From: Carcharhinus amblyrhynchos
Lineage: Eukaryota
DNA: 64,000 nucleotides
Direction of reading: 5' to 3'
Assembly (NCBI GenBank): GCA_965287045.1
Contig: OZ336871.1
Coordinates: forward strand, 99,076,001-99,140,000
Shown: positions 1-11,553 of the stretch, piece by piece
Layout: every line of letters begins with the position of its first letter
Position numbering within the stretch: position 1 is the first letter of the stretch
Translations under genes and position numbers: made by a program
The notes under the pieces: generated by a model
Seen by the model: only the letters and a program-made list of their open reading frames with translations
The model's database searches: none
What the model was told of the DNA's origin: nothing

Positions 1-325
1 CATTTCTGTTTTTCCTACCAAGGTGGATTACTTCACATTTTTCCATGTTATTTCCATATTCAGAGATTGGGGTGCCCTTTTAAAATGGTGCCTGGATCTC
101 AGGATTCCTGATCTTGCTGACATCTTTTGACCTCACCCCTCCAGCTGACAGTGTGAATCTCACTGCCCCTTTTGAAATACAGTGAGAAATGCCTGCAACT
201 TCACACTCAATTTCTTGCCTGAGCCAAACACTCTGTATTTTTGGTAAGATTCTACCCAATTATACTGATTTTTATTACATGTGTATCTCATTAGTGGGAC
301 AACATGCAGGAATCAACCCCCGTCT

Positions 326-643
326 TAAGTTTAAAGTTTAAATTTATTTATTAGTGTCACAAGTAGGCTTACACATTAACATTGCAATGAAGTTACTGTG
401 AAAATCCTCTAGTTGCCACACTTCCATGCCTTTCAGGTTCACTGAGGGAGAATTTAGCATGGCCAATGTACCTAACTAGGATGACTTTCGGACTGTGGGA
501 GGAACTGGAGCACCTGGAAGGAACCTACACAGACACAGGAAGAACATGCAGACTCCAAACAGACAGTGACCCAAGCTGGGAATTAAACCTGGGTCATTGC
601 TGCTGTGAGGCAGCAGTGTTAACCACTGTGCCACCATGTCTCC
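326..643 (-). mobile_element. HE1/V-SINE-type tRNA-derived SINE, tail type B (Rex1-like end)
   Basis: On the minus strand: GGTGGCACAGTGGTTAACACTGCTGCCTCACAGC head, B-box-like segment, V-domain-like GGTGCTCCAGTTCCTCCCACAGTCC, and 3' end CTTGTGACACTAATAAA with an A-rich tail. Homologous copies at 33851, 44620 and 46933. Confidence 0.85.
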
Positions 644-699
644 CATATCAGAGTGACTTTAAGGTGTGTGATCTACAACTGCTTCTGAAGGCTTGATCC

Positions 700-1803
700 T
701 GGTGACCTGAAATTCGAGGGGAACCTGGTGGTTTAGTGCAGTGCTTGCGAGTATCTCAATGCAAGGAAGCGGCTCTGAGGATTCAAGAGGGGACACAACA
801 AGTCTCCTCAGCACCTTCTTCATAGCTGGCACATGGTGTCAGGACACGGGCACAGTGCCATTGAGAAGGGAGGGAAGTGAACCTGGGGCAAGGGGAGCAG
901 TGTTGGAGAGAAGGGAGCTTTGGGGAAAGGGTGGCAGTACAATGGGATCATGCCAGCACAGATTGAAGGTTGAACACAAATACATGGCGGGTAAGGGGCA
1001 GTAAGGAGGAGGGTGAAGGAGGCAACGAGGAAAAGGGGAGAATCTGTCAAAGATGAGCACTCTTACGCAGCTGAGATCATTCAGCTTGAACACAATTGCT
1101 ATGTTTGGAGTCAGGTTAGTCAAGCAATTGTGCCCATTCAAGCAGCACTAATTCCAGAGACTGCCAATGATTGCTGTTCTGCATTTAACCCCTCGTGCAC
1201 AGACAAATGAGTGAATTCTATGGTGCTGTAGGAGGAGCATTTGGCAACTTGATAAACATGATGAACCCCACGAAAGGTGTCCATGGAACACTGATCGAAG
1301 GATGTACTCCTAATCCCTTGCTTTATGTCCAACTCTGCAATGAGAAGTCAAGCTCATTATCCAAACAAACCACAAAGCCTTGGAGTGTCAGTTAAGACAA
1401 TGTCTACACCTGAGATGAGAGTTCAGGATAAAGTTGAGTTGCCAAAGCTGTTGCCACTCGATCAAGTGGTGCGAGGCAGCTGGAGAAAGCTCAGGATGCC
1501 TCACTCCCCTTTCACATTGACGCTGATGGATGCCAGCAAATGCCTCAGCAATGGAGTGCTGCTCCTGTCGTAGGGCAAGACCAGTGTTCTGGACCAAAGG
1601 CTCCATGTTGGCTATTACCCTTCCTTTGTTAACCTCAGTCTGGAAGTGGCAGATTCCTCCAGCATGCCTTGCAATCTGAGGAATTCAGCGAATATCCCTT
1701 TCTGATGTTGCTGAGTTTATCTTTGCAGCTCCAGCAACCAAGACACAACCGACTTCAGGGGTTCCTCGTCAGACACAGATTCAGCAAATTCCTGGCCTCT
1801 GAC
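700..1803 (-). mobile_element. Probable decayed DNA-transposon (Harbinger-associated) internal sequence
   Basis: GC-balanced sequence with a coding-like look but many stops. It lies next to a GATTCTACCC TIR-like end near 258. No firm motif recovered. Confidence 0.25.
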
Positions 1804-1807
1804 AATC

Positions 1808-3746
1808 ATAGAACATAGAACATTACAGCGCAGAACAGGCCCTTCGGCCCACGATGTTGCGCCGACCAGTTACAAAAACAATGACCCACTAGCCTATACC
1901 AATCCCTTTTCGTCCATAAACCTATCCAGAGATCTCTTAAACGCCCCCAAACTAGACGCATTTACAACTGCAGCAGGCAGGGCATTCCAATCCCTCACCA
2001 CCCTCTGGGTAAAGAACCTACCCCTGACATCCGTCCTGTAGCTACCCCCCCTTAATTTAAAGCCATGCCCCCTCGTGCTAGCTTTCTCCATCCGAGGAAA
2101 AAGGCTATCACTATCCACCCTATCTAAACCTCTAATCATCTTATATGTTTCAATAAGATCCCCTCTTAGCCGCCTTCTTTCCAACGAAAACAACCCTAAA
2201 TCCCTCAGTCTCTCCTCATAGGACCTCCCCACCATACCAGGCAACATCCTAGTAAACCTCCTCTGCACCCTCTCCAACGCCTCCACATCCTTCTTGTAAT
2301 GCGGGGACCAGAACTGCACACAGTACTCCAAGTGCGGCCGCACTAGAGTAGTGTACAGTTGCAACATTACACTGCGACTCCTAAATTCAATCCCCCTACC
2401 AATAAACGCCAAGACACCGTATGCCTTCTTAACAACCTTATCTACTTGATTCCCAACTTTCAGGGATCTATGTACACACACACCTAGATCCCTCTGTTCA
2501 TCCACACTATTCAAAGTCCTCCCGTTAGCCCTATACTCGACACATCTGTTGCTCCTACCAAAGTGAATTACCTCACACTTCTCCGCATTAAATTCCATCC
2601 GCCACCTCTCGGCCCAGCTCTGCAACCTATCTAAGTCTCCCTGCAGACTATGACACCCTTCCTCACAATCTACCACACCTCCAATTTTGGTGTCATCAGC
2701 AAATTTACTAATCCACCCAACTATACCCTCATCCAGATCATTAATAAAAATTACAAACAACAGTGGCCCCAAAACAGATCCCTGAGGCACACCACTCGTA
2801 ACTGCACTCCATGATGAATATTTACCATCCACCACCACCCTCTGTCTCCTATCTGATAGCCAATTCCTGATCCAACTTCCTAGATTACCCACAATCCCAT
2901 ACATCTGCATTTTCTGCAGAAGCCTACCATGGTGAACCTTATCGAACGCCTTACTAAAATCCATGTATACCACGTCAACTGCCTTGCCCCTATCCACCTC
3001 TTTGGTCACCTTCTCAAAAAACTCAATAAGGTTAGTAAGGCACGACCTACCCGCTACAAAACCATGCTGACTATTTCTAATCAATTCATTACACTCCAAA
3101 TAACTATAAATCCTATCCCTAATAATTTTTTCTAAAACCTTGCCCACAACAGAAGTAAGACTCACCGGTCTATAATTCCCGGCAAAGTCTCTGTTACCCT
3201 TCTTAAACAATGGGACAACATTCGCTATCCTCCAATCCTCCGGGACTACACCAGAGACCAATGACGACCTGAAGATCTGAGCCAGAGGCTCTGCAATCAC
3301 CTCTCTAGCCTCCCAGAGAATCCTAGGGTAGATCCCATCCGGACCAGGGGACTTATCTATTTTCAGCCCCTCAAGAATTTCCAGCACATCCCCTTTATCA
3401 ACCGTAATACTGTCTATTTTACACCCCTGCAACCCAATGTCCTCCTCAGCTATATTCATGTCCCCCTGCGTGAACACTGAAGAGAAATATTGGTTCAATA
3501 CTTCTCCAATCTCCTCCGGTTCCACACACAACTTCCCCCTGCTGTCTGTAACTGGCCCTAATCTTGCCCTGACCAACCTTCTGTTCTTGACATACCTATA
3601 GAACGCCTTAGGATTCTCCTTAATCCTATCAGCCAAAGTCTTCTCATGTCCTCTTTTAGCCCTTCTCAACTCACTCTTCAACTCCCTCCTAGCCAATCTA
3701 AAGCTTTCTAGTGCACTATCTGAGCCCTCCAATCTCATCCGAACAT
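1808..3746 (-). mobile_element. Young 5'-truncated CR1 (HER1-like) LINE
   Basis: Uninterrupted RT ORF, 3'UTR hairpin GGGCCGAAGGGCC and (TTCTATG)n tail at 1808-1825. Candidate TSD AATC at 1804-1807 and 3747-3750. Confidence 0.95.
1894..3746 (-). CDS. CR1 ORF2 C-terminal part (reverse transcriptase domain), lacking the endonuclease
   Basis: KSPGPDG, NYRPVSLTS, QHGF, DFSKAFDKV, GVPQGSVLGP, FADDTK and RPHLEYCVQFWSP motifs with no stops. The first ~20 aa of the tracked ORF (to 3810) come from an adjacent older CR1. Confidence 0.9.
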
Positions 3747-4020
3747 AATCCTTTGTCATTTCCTCATTCCCCACTATAAATTCTCCTGTCTCTGCCAGTA
3801 ATGGGCTCACATTTGTCTTTGCGTCTCTTTTTCCTTTTACAACATAATAGAAGATTGACAGTCCATTTTCATGAATCTCACTAGTTTACTTTCCTTCCCT
3901 ATTTTCCCTTACATTATTAGTTTCTTGGTCCTCCTTTGCTGAATTCTAAAATGCTCCCAATCCCCAGGTTTGCTACTCTTTTTGGCAACATTGTCAGCCT
4001 CTTCCTTTGATCTAATTGTT

Positions 4021-4147
4021 GGGTGGAATTTTCCAGCTGTCCACGTTGGCTGGATTTTCTAATCCCTCTTCAGTGAACGGAGATTCGTCTGAGATCCAAA
4101 TTCTCCATGCTCTCTGCAGCGGCAGCATGACATAGACGGCCGAAAAT
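4021..4147. mobile_element. Short Harbinger-type MITE
   Basis: Left end GGGTGGAATTTTCC and right end GGCCGAAAAT. Same architecture as the MITEs at 11360, 20394 and 42798. Confidence 0.55.
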
Positions 4148-4248
4148 GTCTCTTGTTAGCCATGGTTGGATCACTTTGCTTGTTGGGTTTTTGTGAATCA
4201 AAGGAATATGTTTTTGTTGTAAACCATTTTCATTCAAAGTGCTGAGTC

Positions 4249-5116
4249 TGGGTGTAATTCAGATCCGACTTAGAAATCTGTTCTCAGGCGCTCCCATTTG
4301 CACTTAGCCTGAAAAAAAATCGTGGGACCCATTTGCGTTATGGGTGGGGCTTAGCGCACCCGAAACAATCGGAGCTTTGAACTGCGCACGCGCAGTTAGA
4401 AAAAAATTGAAAAAGAGCAAAAAGAGGGAGCGATGGCCCCCACAGACATCACTGTTCCTCTTATCCACCCCTCCCCCACTACCCAGACCAATTGCGGCTC
4501 CCTGCCCCCTTACCCCCCCCACCACCAGACAATGATTGGACCTCCCACCCCCACCCCCCCCCCCCCCCCCCCCACTCCCCCAACACCACCAGACAACAAT
4601 CGGGCCTCCTTCCCCCCCTCTCCCCACCAGAGATACATCTGACCTGCCTCCTCCTTCTCCCCCCCACAATCAGACAATGATCTGGCCTCACTCTCTTCCC
4701 CTTCGCCCCCCAACCAGAGAATGATCTGACCCACCTCCCTCCTCCCCCCACCACTGATCTGAGTCAGAGAGCCATTGGAAGCTCTGAACTCGCTCTTCAG
4801 CAGCTGGAGCGCCCGATTCAGACTTTTATTCAGCAGGTTCATTTCAGCACGATTCCGGATCGGCGAACGCAATGGTAAAGGGGGAAATGCTGATAAAGTT
4901 GGCCAGGCAGTTCATTAATTCAATTGAAATACATGCAAATACATTTAAAACGCCGTTGCACCCGTTTTGGGCACGAAGCAGATCATGGCTATTCCTGGAT
5001 TTTGGTAAAGTGGCAATCTGCGTGGATGCGGGCATGGATCGCATTAATGGTCTCACACTCGACTTTACGTTTTCGCGCCTGAAAACGGGAACGACGCAAT
5101 GATAAAATAGGACCCC
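4249..5116. mobile_element. CpG-rich non-autonomous Harbinger-like element with an internal C-rich tandem array
   Basis: GGGTGTAATT left end and AAAATAGGACCCC right end. Repeated CCAGACAATGAT(C/T)TGGCCT-like units separated by C runs at about 4430-4760. Confidence 0.6.
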
Positions 5117-6743
5117 ATGTGTTATTGCTCTAAATACTAGGCATTACCTGGCTACTGCAATTGTGGCCTTTCTTCCACGCGGCCCTGTTATTGGGACATG
5201 GAGCGTTCAGCTCTAAGGACCTGCATGCAGTCCGCAATGACCCGCTGGTCTCTGAATGTGTTGGAAAGCTGGTCAGCCAGGAGGAAAATTGCCCCTAAAT
5301 TCAGCTCCCACTGGGGCCGTAACCACCTTATTTGTTTGCCCAGCTTCCTGGAAAATCCAACCATTCATGCCGAAAATCTTCTGTTCACAGCATCAACATT
5401 CTAACTTTAATGACCATAGAAATGTAGCTATATTTATTAAGTTTTACGTTTATAACAACTTGGAATTTTGAATTATTGCACTTGAAAGCTAGACTATAAT
5501 TAAACTGATCCTCTTTTGGCACTGTTCACATGAGGCGACAGCTAATTTGTTAAATGCTAAAGTAAACTGACAACAGTAAGTTTTGCTTTGCTGACACTTC
5601 ACTTGTATGTGTAGCTATGGTATCAGTGCAGTTCCTTCATTCATCTCCAGTGTTAAGGTGGATTGGCATTATTGCCATATTTATAGCACTTCAAAGCTGA
5701 CAGTATATACAGTAAGATGGAAAGACAAGAAAATGTGATTATTTAGAGGAAAACAAACACTGCAGTTTCAGTGGGTCAAATTACCTCTTTTTTTGCTGTA
5801 CTTTGTGTCTTTGACCATTGGAATTAAATATCTATTAAACAGTCATGTTTATTTCTGAAATTCCATGCACTCATATTGACAGGTTTCTATTGAATATATG
5901 TTAATTACTTCAGCTCCTACAGTGCAGTGAATGGCATTACTACATTTACGGTTTATTTCTGCAATATATTGCATAGATTTTTTTTGCTGCCAGTATCAAA
6001 AACTGAGACATGTTTTAGGATTCACAAATGTTGAAGTGTCATAGCCGCTCCATCACAGAAAGAAACAGATTATTAGTTCACATCACACTCTCTGCACTTT
6101 CTATTCTTTCGTGACACTGTTTAAAGACATAACAAACTTATTTCATTTAAAAGAGTCAGTCTTATTATGAAACATTAATATCACAGTAAGTGGTTCAGGC
6201 TATAGTCCCCAGTAAATAAAAGTACAATACATTCTTACTATCTGTAATTCTGTTATACAAAAATCCAATCCATCAGTGCCAGGCATATGCTTCTCAGCAA
6301 GCTTTGTTCTGCCACAAGACAAATCATTTCATTGGGAAAAATGAACATTTTCATGTAGAAGTAACTGCTTTTTATTGGATTTAAGTCAATCCTATTTTGC
6401 CACACTGTTTTCAACTTGAAATGAGAAATTATATTCAACATGTTTGTGCATCATATTTTGTTATATGGAATGTAGGTCAGCTTCCTGCACCATGGTAGAT
6501 AAGGAGCAATGTACAAGTGCTGTATGTACTTACAAGCAAATATCAGTCATAATGGACCTAGACAGATCTACTGCAGCTTTTTGGCTAGGAAAATGTTTCT
6601 TGCCATTAGCATTTAATAAAAGCCTTGCAATGCAGGCCTATCAGCACCAATTCACAGCAAGCTTGGCTTGTACAGGTTGTTATCTGCTTGGTACAGAGGT
6701 GTTCTTGTATTGCACGTGGATTTACAGATTTCTTGAGGAGGAA

Positions 6744-6842
6744 ATGGAGAGAGGAAGAAAGGGAAAATTATCTGGTATTGAACCAACTGTACTGGCTGCA
6801 ACACTTCTACTTCTGTTATGTAATTGTGCTCTTGCCCTGCAG
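6744..6842 (+). CDS. First coding exon of an unidentified secreted or type-I membrane protein (signal peptide MERGRKGKLSGIEPTVLAATLLLLLCNCALALQ)
   Basis: GAAATGG Kozak context. Basic N-region, Leu-rich h-region and A-L-A cleavage motif. Consensus donor CAG|GTGAGT at 6842/6843 (phase 0) and possible acceptor TTTACAG at 6727. It sits in a TE-poor block of about 5400-7900. Confidence 0.75.
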
Positions 6843-7913
6843 GTGAGTTTTGCAGGGTACGTTTTTAGCTAAATGCTTACCTGACAGCGTGCGCCACATG
6901 TAAATTATTCTTCTAAAGTGTGCAGGATGTCTTAAGCAAGAATGCCAAGATGGAACATAACTTCTAGACTGAAAGTTAAGCTGGGAGGCTAATTCGGAAA
7001 GTTTTATATTGAAAGCTGCTTATGAAAGGATACATTTATACTGCTGTTTACGTCAGAAGTTACACTTTACTGAAATATCTTTTCCATTAACATATTACAA
7101 AAGCATTGAACAGCTGAAGAATAGTAGAAAGACCTGGTTCTTCCCTCAACTTTTCCAGTTCTTAACCCATTGAATGCCACTTAAGGGTTAAAACCTTTAC
7201 TTGACAATATTAATTATACTCTGAATGTATTATGTGAATTAAATCCAGTCATGTTTGCAGTTTATTCTAACTTTCAAATAAAACAATTGTGTCTTTTGGG
7301 ATCCTAGTTAAAGCTCAGAAAACTGATTTTATGATGTGAGTTACTCAGCCACACCTAGACGGAGTGTACTTAGAATTAAGTCCCTATTTACAAATTTAAA
7401 AATTATAATAGTTTTGCTTAATTAGTGAAGGCATTAATTAAAGGCAGATATTTTCCCTATATTTGTGAATTGTTGCTATCTCAATCTTACAGAGTAGAGT
7501 TTCGACTTGTTTCTGCTGGTTTTGTATTCAAAATCCAGAAGTGTTCATGGAGCCAGCAATTTTGACTTGATTTGATTTTGCTTTGGTTTATTATTGTCCC
7601 GTATATTGATATACAATTTTGCAATTAATCTTTGGGGAATTTTAAGTGCAGTTGTATTATGCCCATACACAACCAAACCTGCGTTTCCTGTGAACTTTTA
7701 GGATGGCTCAAGATTCAATTTGTCCTGATCAATTCCTGCCCACAAAGGCAGCCATGTCACCAGCTCATAATGCTAGGTCCTGCTGATTGTGTTTGATGGG
7801 TCTTTAGATTGGTCTCATTCTCTTAGGCACACAAGTGCCATAAGGCACATTGTAAAAGGTTCTCACATATATAAAAAAAACTTTTCCAAGAAACTGACTA
7901 GTGTGCTTTTTAC

Positions 7914-8170
7914 TTTTTCATGAGATGTAAGCATCGCAGGCTAAGTCAATATTTATTACCCTTCAGAAGTTGGTGGTGAGCTGATTTCTTGAACAGCTGC
8001 ACTCCACAGTGTGTAGATACACCCCGAGTGGTGTAAGATGGCAGGGGAGGGGGGCGGTGGTGGGAGAGACTGCTAGGATTTTGACCCAGTGACAATAAAG
8101 GAATGGCAATTTAGTTCCAAGTCAGTATGGCATGTGGCTTGGAGGGGAGCGTGCAGATTGTGGCTGTTGC
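7914..8170 (-). mobile_element. 3' fragment of a second CR1/L2-group LINE lineage
   Basis: Antisense of a decayed RT C-terminus and 3'UTR (LFKKSAHHQ-like). Probably the same lineage as the fragments at 18470 and 32305. Confidence 0.55.
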
Positions 8171-8999
8171 ATGATTACCAATGATTGTAATGCAATTGAA
8201 TGTTAAAGGGTGTAGACCAATGACTGGTTCAGTATAGTTCTTTTTTCAGTAATCCAGTGATTTTAAATCAGGTTATCCACAGCTGGAGGACTGGATCGTC
8301 ATATCAAATATACTTACTTTTGATGTTAACCCCATTTTTCAGCTGTATAAAAAACTGTGCATTAGGCTACCACTGCTAAATACATCCAGAGATATTTCGT
8401 AATGGAAAGACAGGAAAGAAGCGATTACATGCTGTTATATTGCCTAATTGTGCTGGTTCATGGAAGATTATGTTTGTGGTTATGCAAATGATTTCAGTGA
8501 AACATGAGCAGGATAATTTCAAATGTATTTTTGGTGCAATTTCATGATTGCCCTAGTACAGTATTTAGAGATCTAAATTCAACATTGCTGTGCCAGATTT
8601 ATCGATATAAGGCAGGCACAACAATAATAGTGTTTGACACACATTAAATTGGTTGTGGTTTTTAATTTAGATGGCCTTGATGCCTTCCTGAAACCTGAAA
8701 ATAGGCACAGACTTCATTTCAATATTCAAATGAGGCTTCCTCTACCACATCAGATTAGGTTGTCTCGCCAGATTTTGCACGGCATAAGTTTTAACTAGCA
8801 CTATTGGGCTCTGAGCCACTTAACCAACAGTTCTTAAAGGGCCTACTACAGATTGCTCACAATAAACTCAACTTTTTGCACAGTAGCTTCTTGTGCCATT
8901 GGGGAAAAAAAAACAATCCTCTGGGTTCCACAAAACAACTATAGGCCATTCCAATCTCCTTTCTCCCTTTGCTGAAGTACATTCTGCACTAAGGGTCTA

Positions 9000-9335
9000 A
9001 TTAAAAGGAATGGCATTGGAGAACATAATGGGACTAAAAGTCAGCATCCCTCCTCAACCCAGTGGCCCACGTTACAAGGTTTTAAAATAGTTATCTCCAG
9101 AGATGGCAAATGACATCTTTTAGATTTTGACATTCCAGAGTTCCCTCCATTCGAGAAGAGTTGCCATGGATTGGAAATTACCAAATGTAACCTGCATTTA
9201 AACAAGGTGTGATGGAGGAAACAGGAAGGTTAGCCTGACTTCAGTAGTAGGGAAATGCTAGATTCTATAAGCGAGGACATGATATGACAGAGATGATAGA
9301 ACAGAGTCAACATGCATTTACGTACAGCAAATCAT
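9000..9335 (+). mobile_element. Highly decayed CR1 RT fragment
   Basis: Remnants LENIMGLK, DWKLPNVT, VSLTSVVGK and SQHAF. Confidence 0.6.
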
Positions 9336-10947
9336 GCCCGGAATTCTCTATGTTTTCATGTACCCTGATCCCCACACCCCACTTCATTTGACTTATCAGG
9401 CACGGAACCTGATTAGTTACTGCATCAGCTTGGAATTATTATGACGAGGCCTGAGGATAAATTTAGGTTGGTCCTTGGGTCTCTCAGTTCTGGCGCGGTG
9501 TCACAATGCACTGCTGGAATCGCGCCCGGTTTTGAGCGCTGCCAAATTTCAAGGCCGTAGTCTCTTCATCTTCCCAGCAACTGATGTTATGAATTTCTAA
9601 TTTTCATTATGGAGATACAGAATGACTATTTCTACATCTGCACATTGCCATCACTTGAACTCTCTAGAAGAACCCAGTTTATTGTTGATATTTATATATC
9701 GAAACAGCTATTAATGAAATGTTGATGTTTTTTATTCATACATTTAATTGGTACTAATAGTTCAATGTTAGCAGTTGATCCATTTGTGTGACTTCTATTA
9801 GTTCACAAGTGACATTTGATATGATCTTGTACCATACTTGCTAACGTTACTGATTCTGCAGTTAAATTATTGATAAAGGTGTTTTGGCTCAGCCTGTCAC
9901 ATTTAATTTGCGAGCTGCAGGTGAGCTCCAAATGTTTCCTTCCCAAAATGTCTAGTGCCCTAGCATTTGTTTTTTTAAAGTGTGAAAGAACAGAATCAGT
10001 AATAATTTAAACACTGTCAATAATAATTGAAATGTTGCTCCACTTGAGACTTTAATCCTTTGTAGTCAACAATATTTTACGTTCAGAATGCAACATATAT
10101 TCCAACAAAATAATCATTAATTCAAATGATAGAAAACATTTAGTTGCGTAGAGTAAAAATCCACAGTTATATGATCCAGTTTTCAAACACACCAATGAAC
10201 AAAACCTTTGTGTTGCCATTAAAACAGCTCAAAAAGCTACTCACGCTTTATTAGTGTAAAACAATGCTGCTCTGTGGAGTACATACATATTCCGGTTAAT
10301 CCATCACCAAAAAGTATACAATCAGGCAAATAGTTAGGAGAATCCAGTTTATATGTTTTAGAGTACAAAGGTGCGTGAATGGTTAAAGTTGCTGTGCTGA
10401 TTTTGTAGTGTCCAATTTAGGAACTACATAAATGCATCCATTCAGAAACTCGAAAGAATGTAACACATCTGCTCCAATACAATCATCTATTCCTTTAAAA
10501 TATTTACTAAAAACTGTTTGATTATACAATAATTGTTTTCAGAATTCTAGCCTTACAACCATAGAAACTGCAGTACTGCCATTGTTAATACTTCAAAACT
10601 CTACTTAGGGCTCTGTGGAGAGCCAATATGTTAAAGGAGAGGCTTTGTAGATTACCATTCCAACACTTCAGATCCTAGTCTGTGCACGCCAGCACCAAAA
10701 GATTTACTGCTTTTTATTTGCACTAATTTATGTTGTTATTTAGCTTGCCTGTTATGGTGACAGCATGATAAACAAATTTCAATCTCAATTGGGACTTAAT
10801 AATTGCTTATAATGCCAAGATTTTAACATAATCAGTATTCCAAATGTTTGGGAGGGCAAGAAGACTGTCAGGATATCATTATAGTTTGGGGAACAATATA
10901 TTGAAGCGGTCTGTTTCCCACAGTGCTCCCTTCTATGTCAACCATGC

Positions 10948-11335
10948 TTCATGGCAGCATTCTCACCCCTGAGTCAGAAGGTTCTGGATTCAAACTCCAG
11001 AATTGAACACAAAAGTCAAGGCTGACACTCCAATGTGATACTGAGGGAATGCTGCAGTCTTGTTTGGGTGGCATTCTAAACTGAGGCCCTGTCTGCCCAC
11101 TCCAGAGGACATAAGGGATCCTGTGGCACAAATTCAAAGAGGAGAACTGGGGTTATCCCTGGTGCTAATATTTATCCCTCAAGCAACATAATGGACTAGC
11201 TGTTTATGTTGCTGTGTATGAATGGACTGCTGTGTTTCCTATGTAATGACAGTGGCTATACTTCAAGACTTCCGCATTGGCCGTAAATGGCTTTTGGAAC
11301 TTAAAAGGAACATTTTTGCATGCAAGTCTATTTTA
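10948..11335 (+). mobile_element. Deu-domain tRNA-derived SINE (SacSINE1-like)
   Basis: tRNA-like head (CTGAGTCAGAAGGTTCTGGATTCAAA), then TACTGAGGGAATGCTGCA and GGGGTTATCCCTGGTG...ATATTTATCCCTCAA, ending in an L2-like ATGCAAGTC tail. Confidence 0.7.
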
Positions 11336-11359
11336 CTTTATTTAGATTGGGAAGATTTT

Positions 11360-11553
11360 GGGCGGAATTCTTTGGCTGTTCACACTGACGGGATTCTCTG
11401 ATCCTGCTGACAGTGCACCCCCGCTGGCGTTGGGTGACATCAATGGGAATTCTCATTGACAGCAGTGGGACCAGAGAATCCCACCACTAGCAAACAACGT
11501 GCTACCTCTCGCCAGTAGGAAACTTGTGGTTGGGAGGTTGGAGAATCTCATCC
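11360..11553. mobile_element. Palindromic Harbinger-type MITE
   Basis: TIR pair GGGCGGAATTCT / GAGAATCTCATCC. Internal inverted pair GGGATTCTCTG / CAGAGAATCCC. Confidence 0.7.

Larger units (their letters stand above)
3751..5160 (-). mobile_element. Older decayed CR1 ORF2 fragment split by two MITE-like insertions
   Basis: PLLAETGEFIVGNEEM matches the CR1 linker region. CR1-like antisense sequence resumes at 4150-4230 and 5117-5160. Confidence 0.65.

Noticed and set aside
3747-3810. N-terminal start of the 638-aa ORF
   Set aside because: It lies beyond the candidate TSD, in an older CR1 fragment that is in frame by chance, so it is not a real start.
4304-4872. Gly/Pro-rich ORFs here and at 36369-36771, 40103-40661 and 45744-46200
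   Set aside because: Low-complexity G/C tracts inside non-autonomous DNA elements suppress stop codons.
6444-6872. 142-aa single-exon ORF
   Set aside because: Only 6744-6842 has coding hallmarks. The rest is upstream or intronic read-through past a consensus donor.
9862-9920. Possible 59-nt cassette exon (CTAAC...TGCAG / CAG|GTGAGC)
   Set aside because: Weak polypyrimidine tract, and an immediate stop in the frame set by the upstream phase-0 exon. No independent support.
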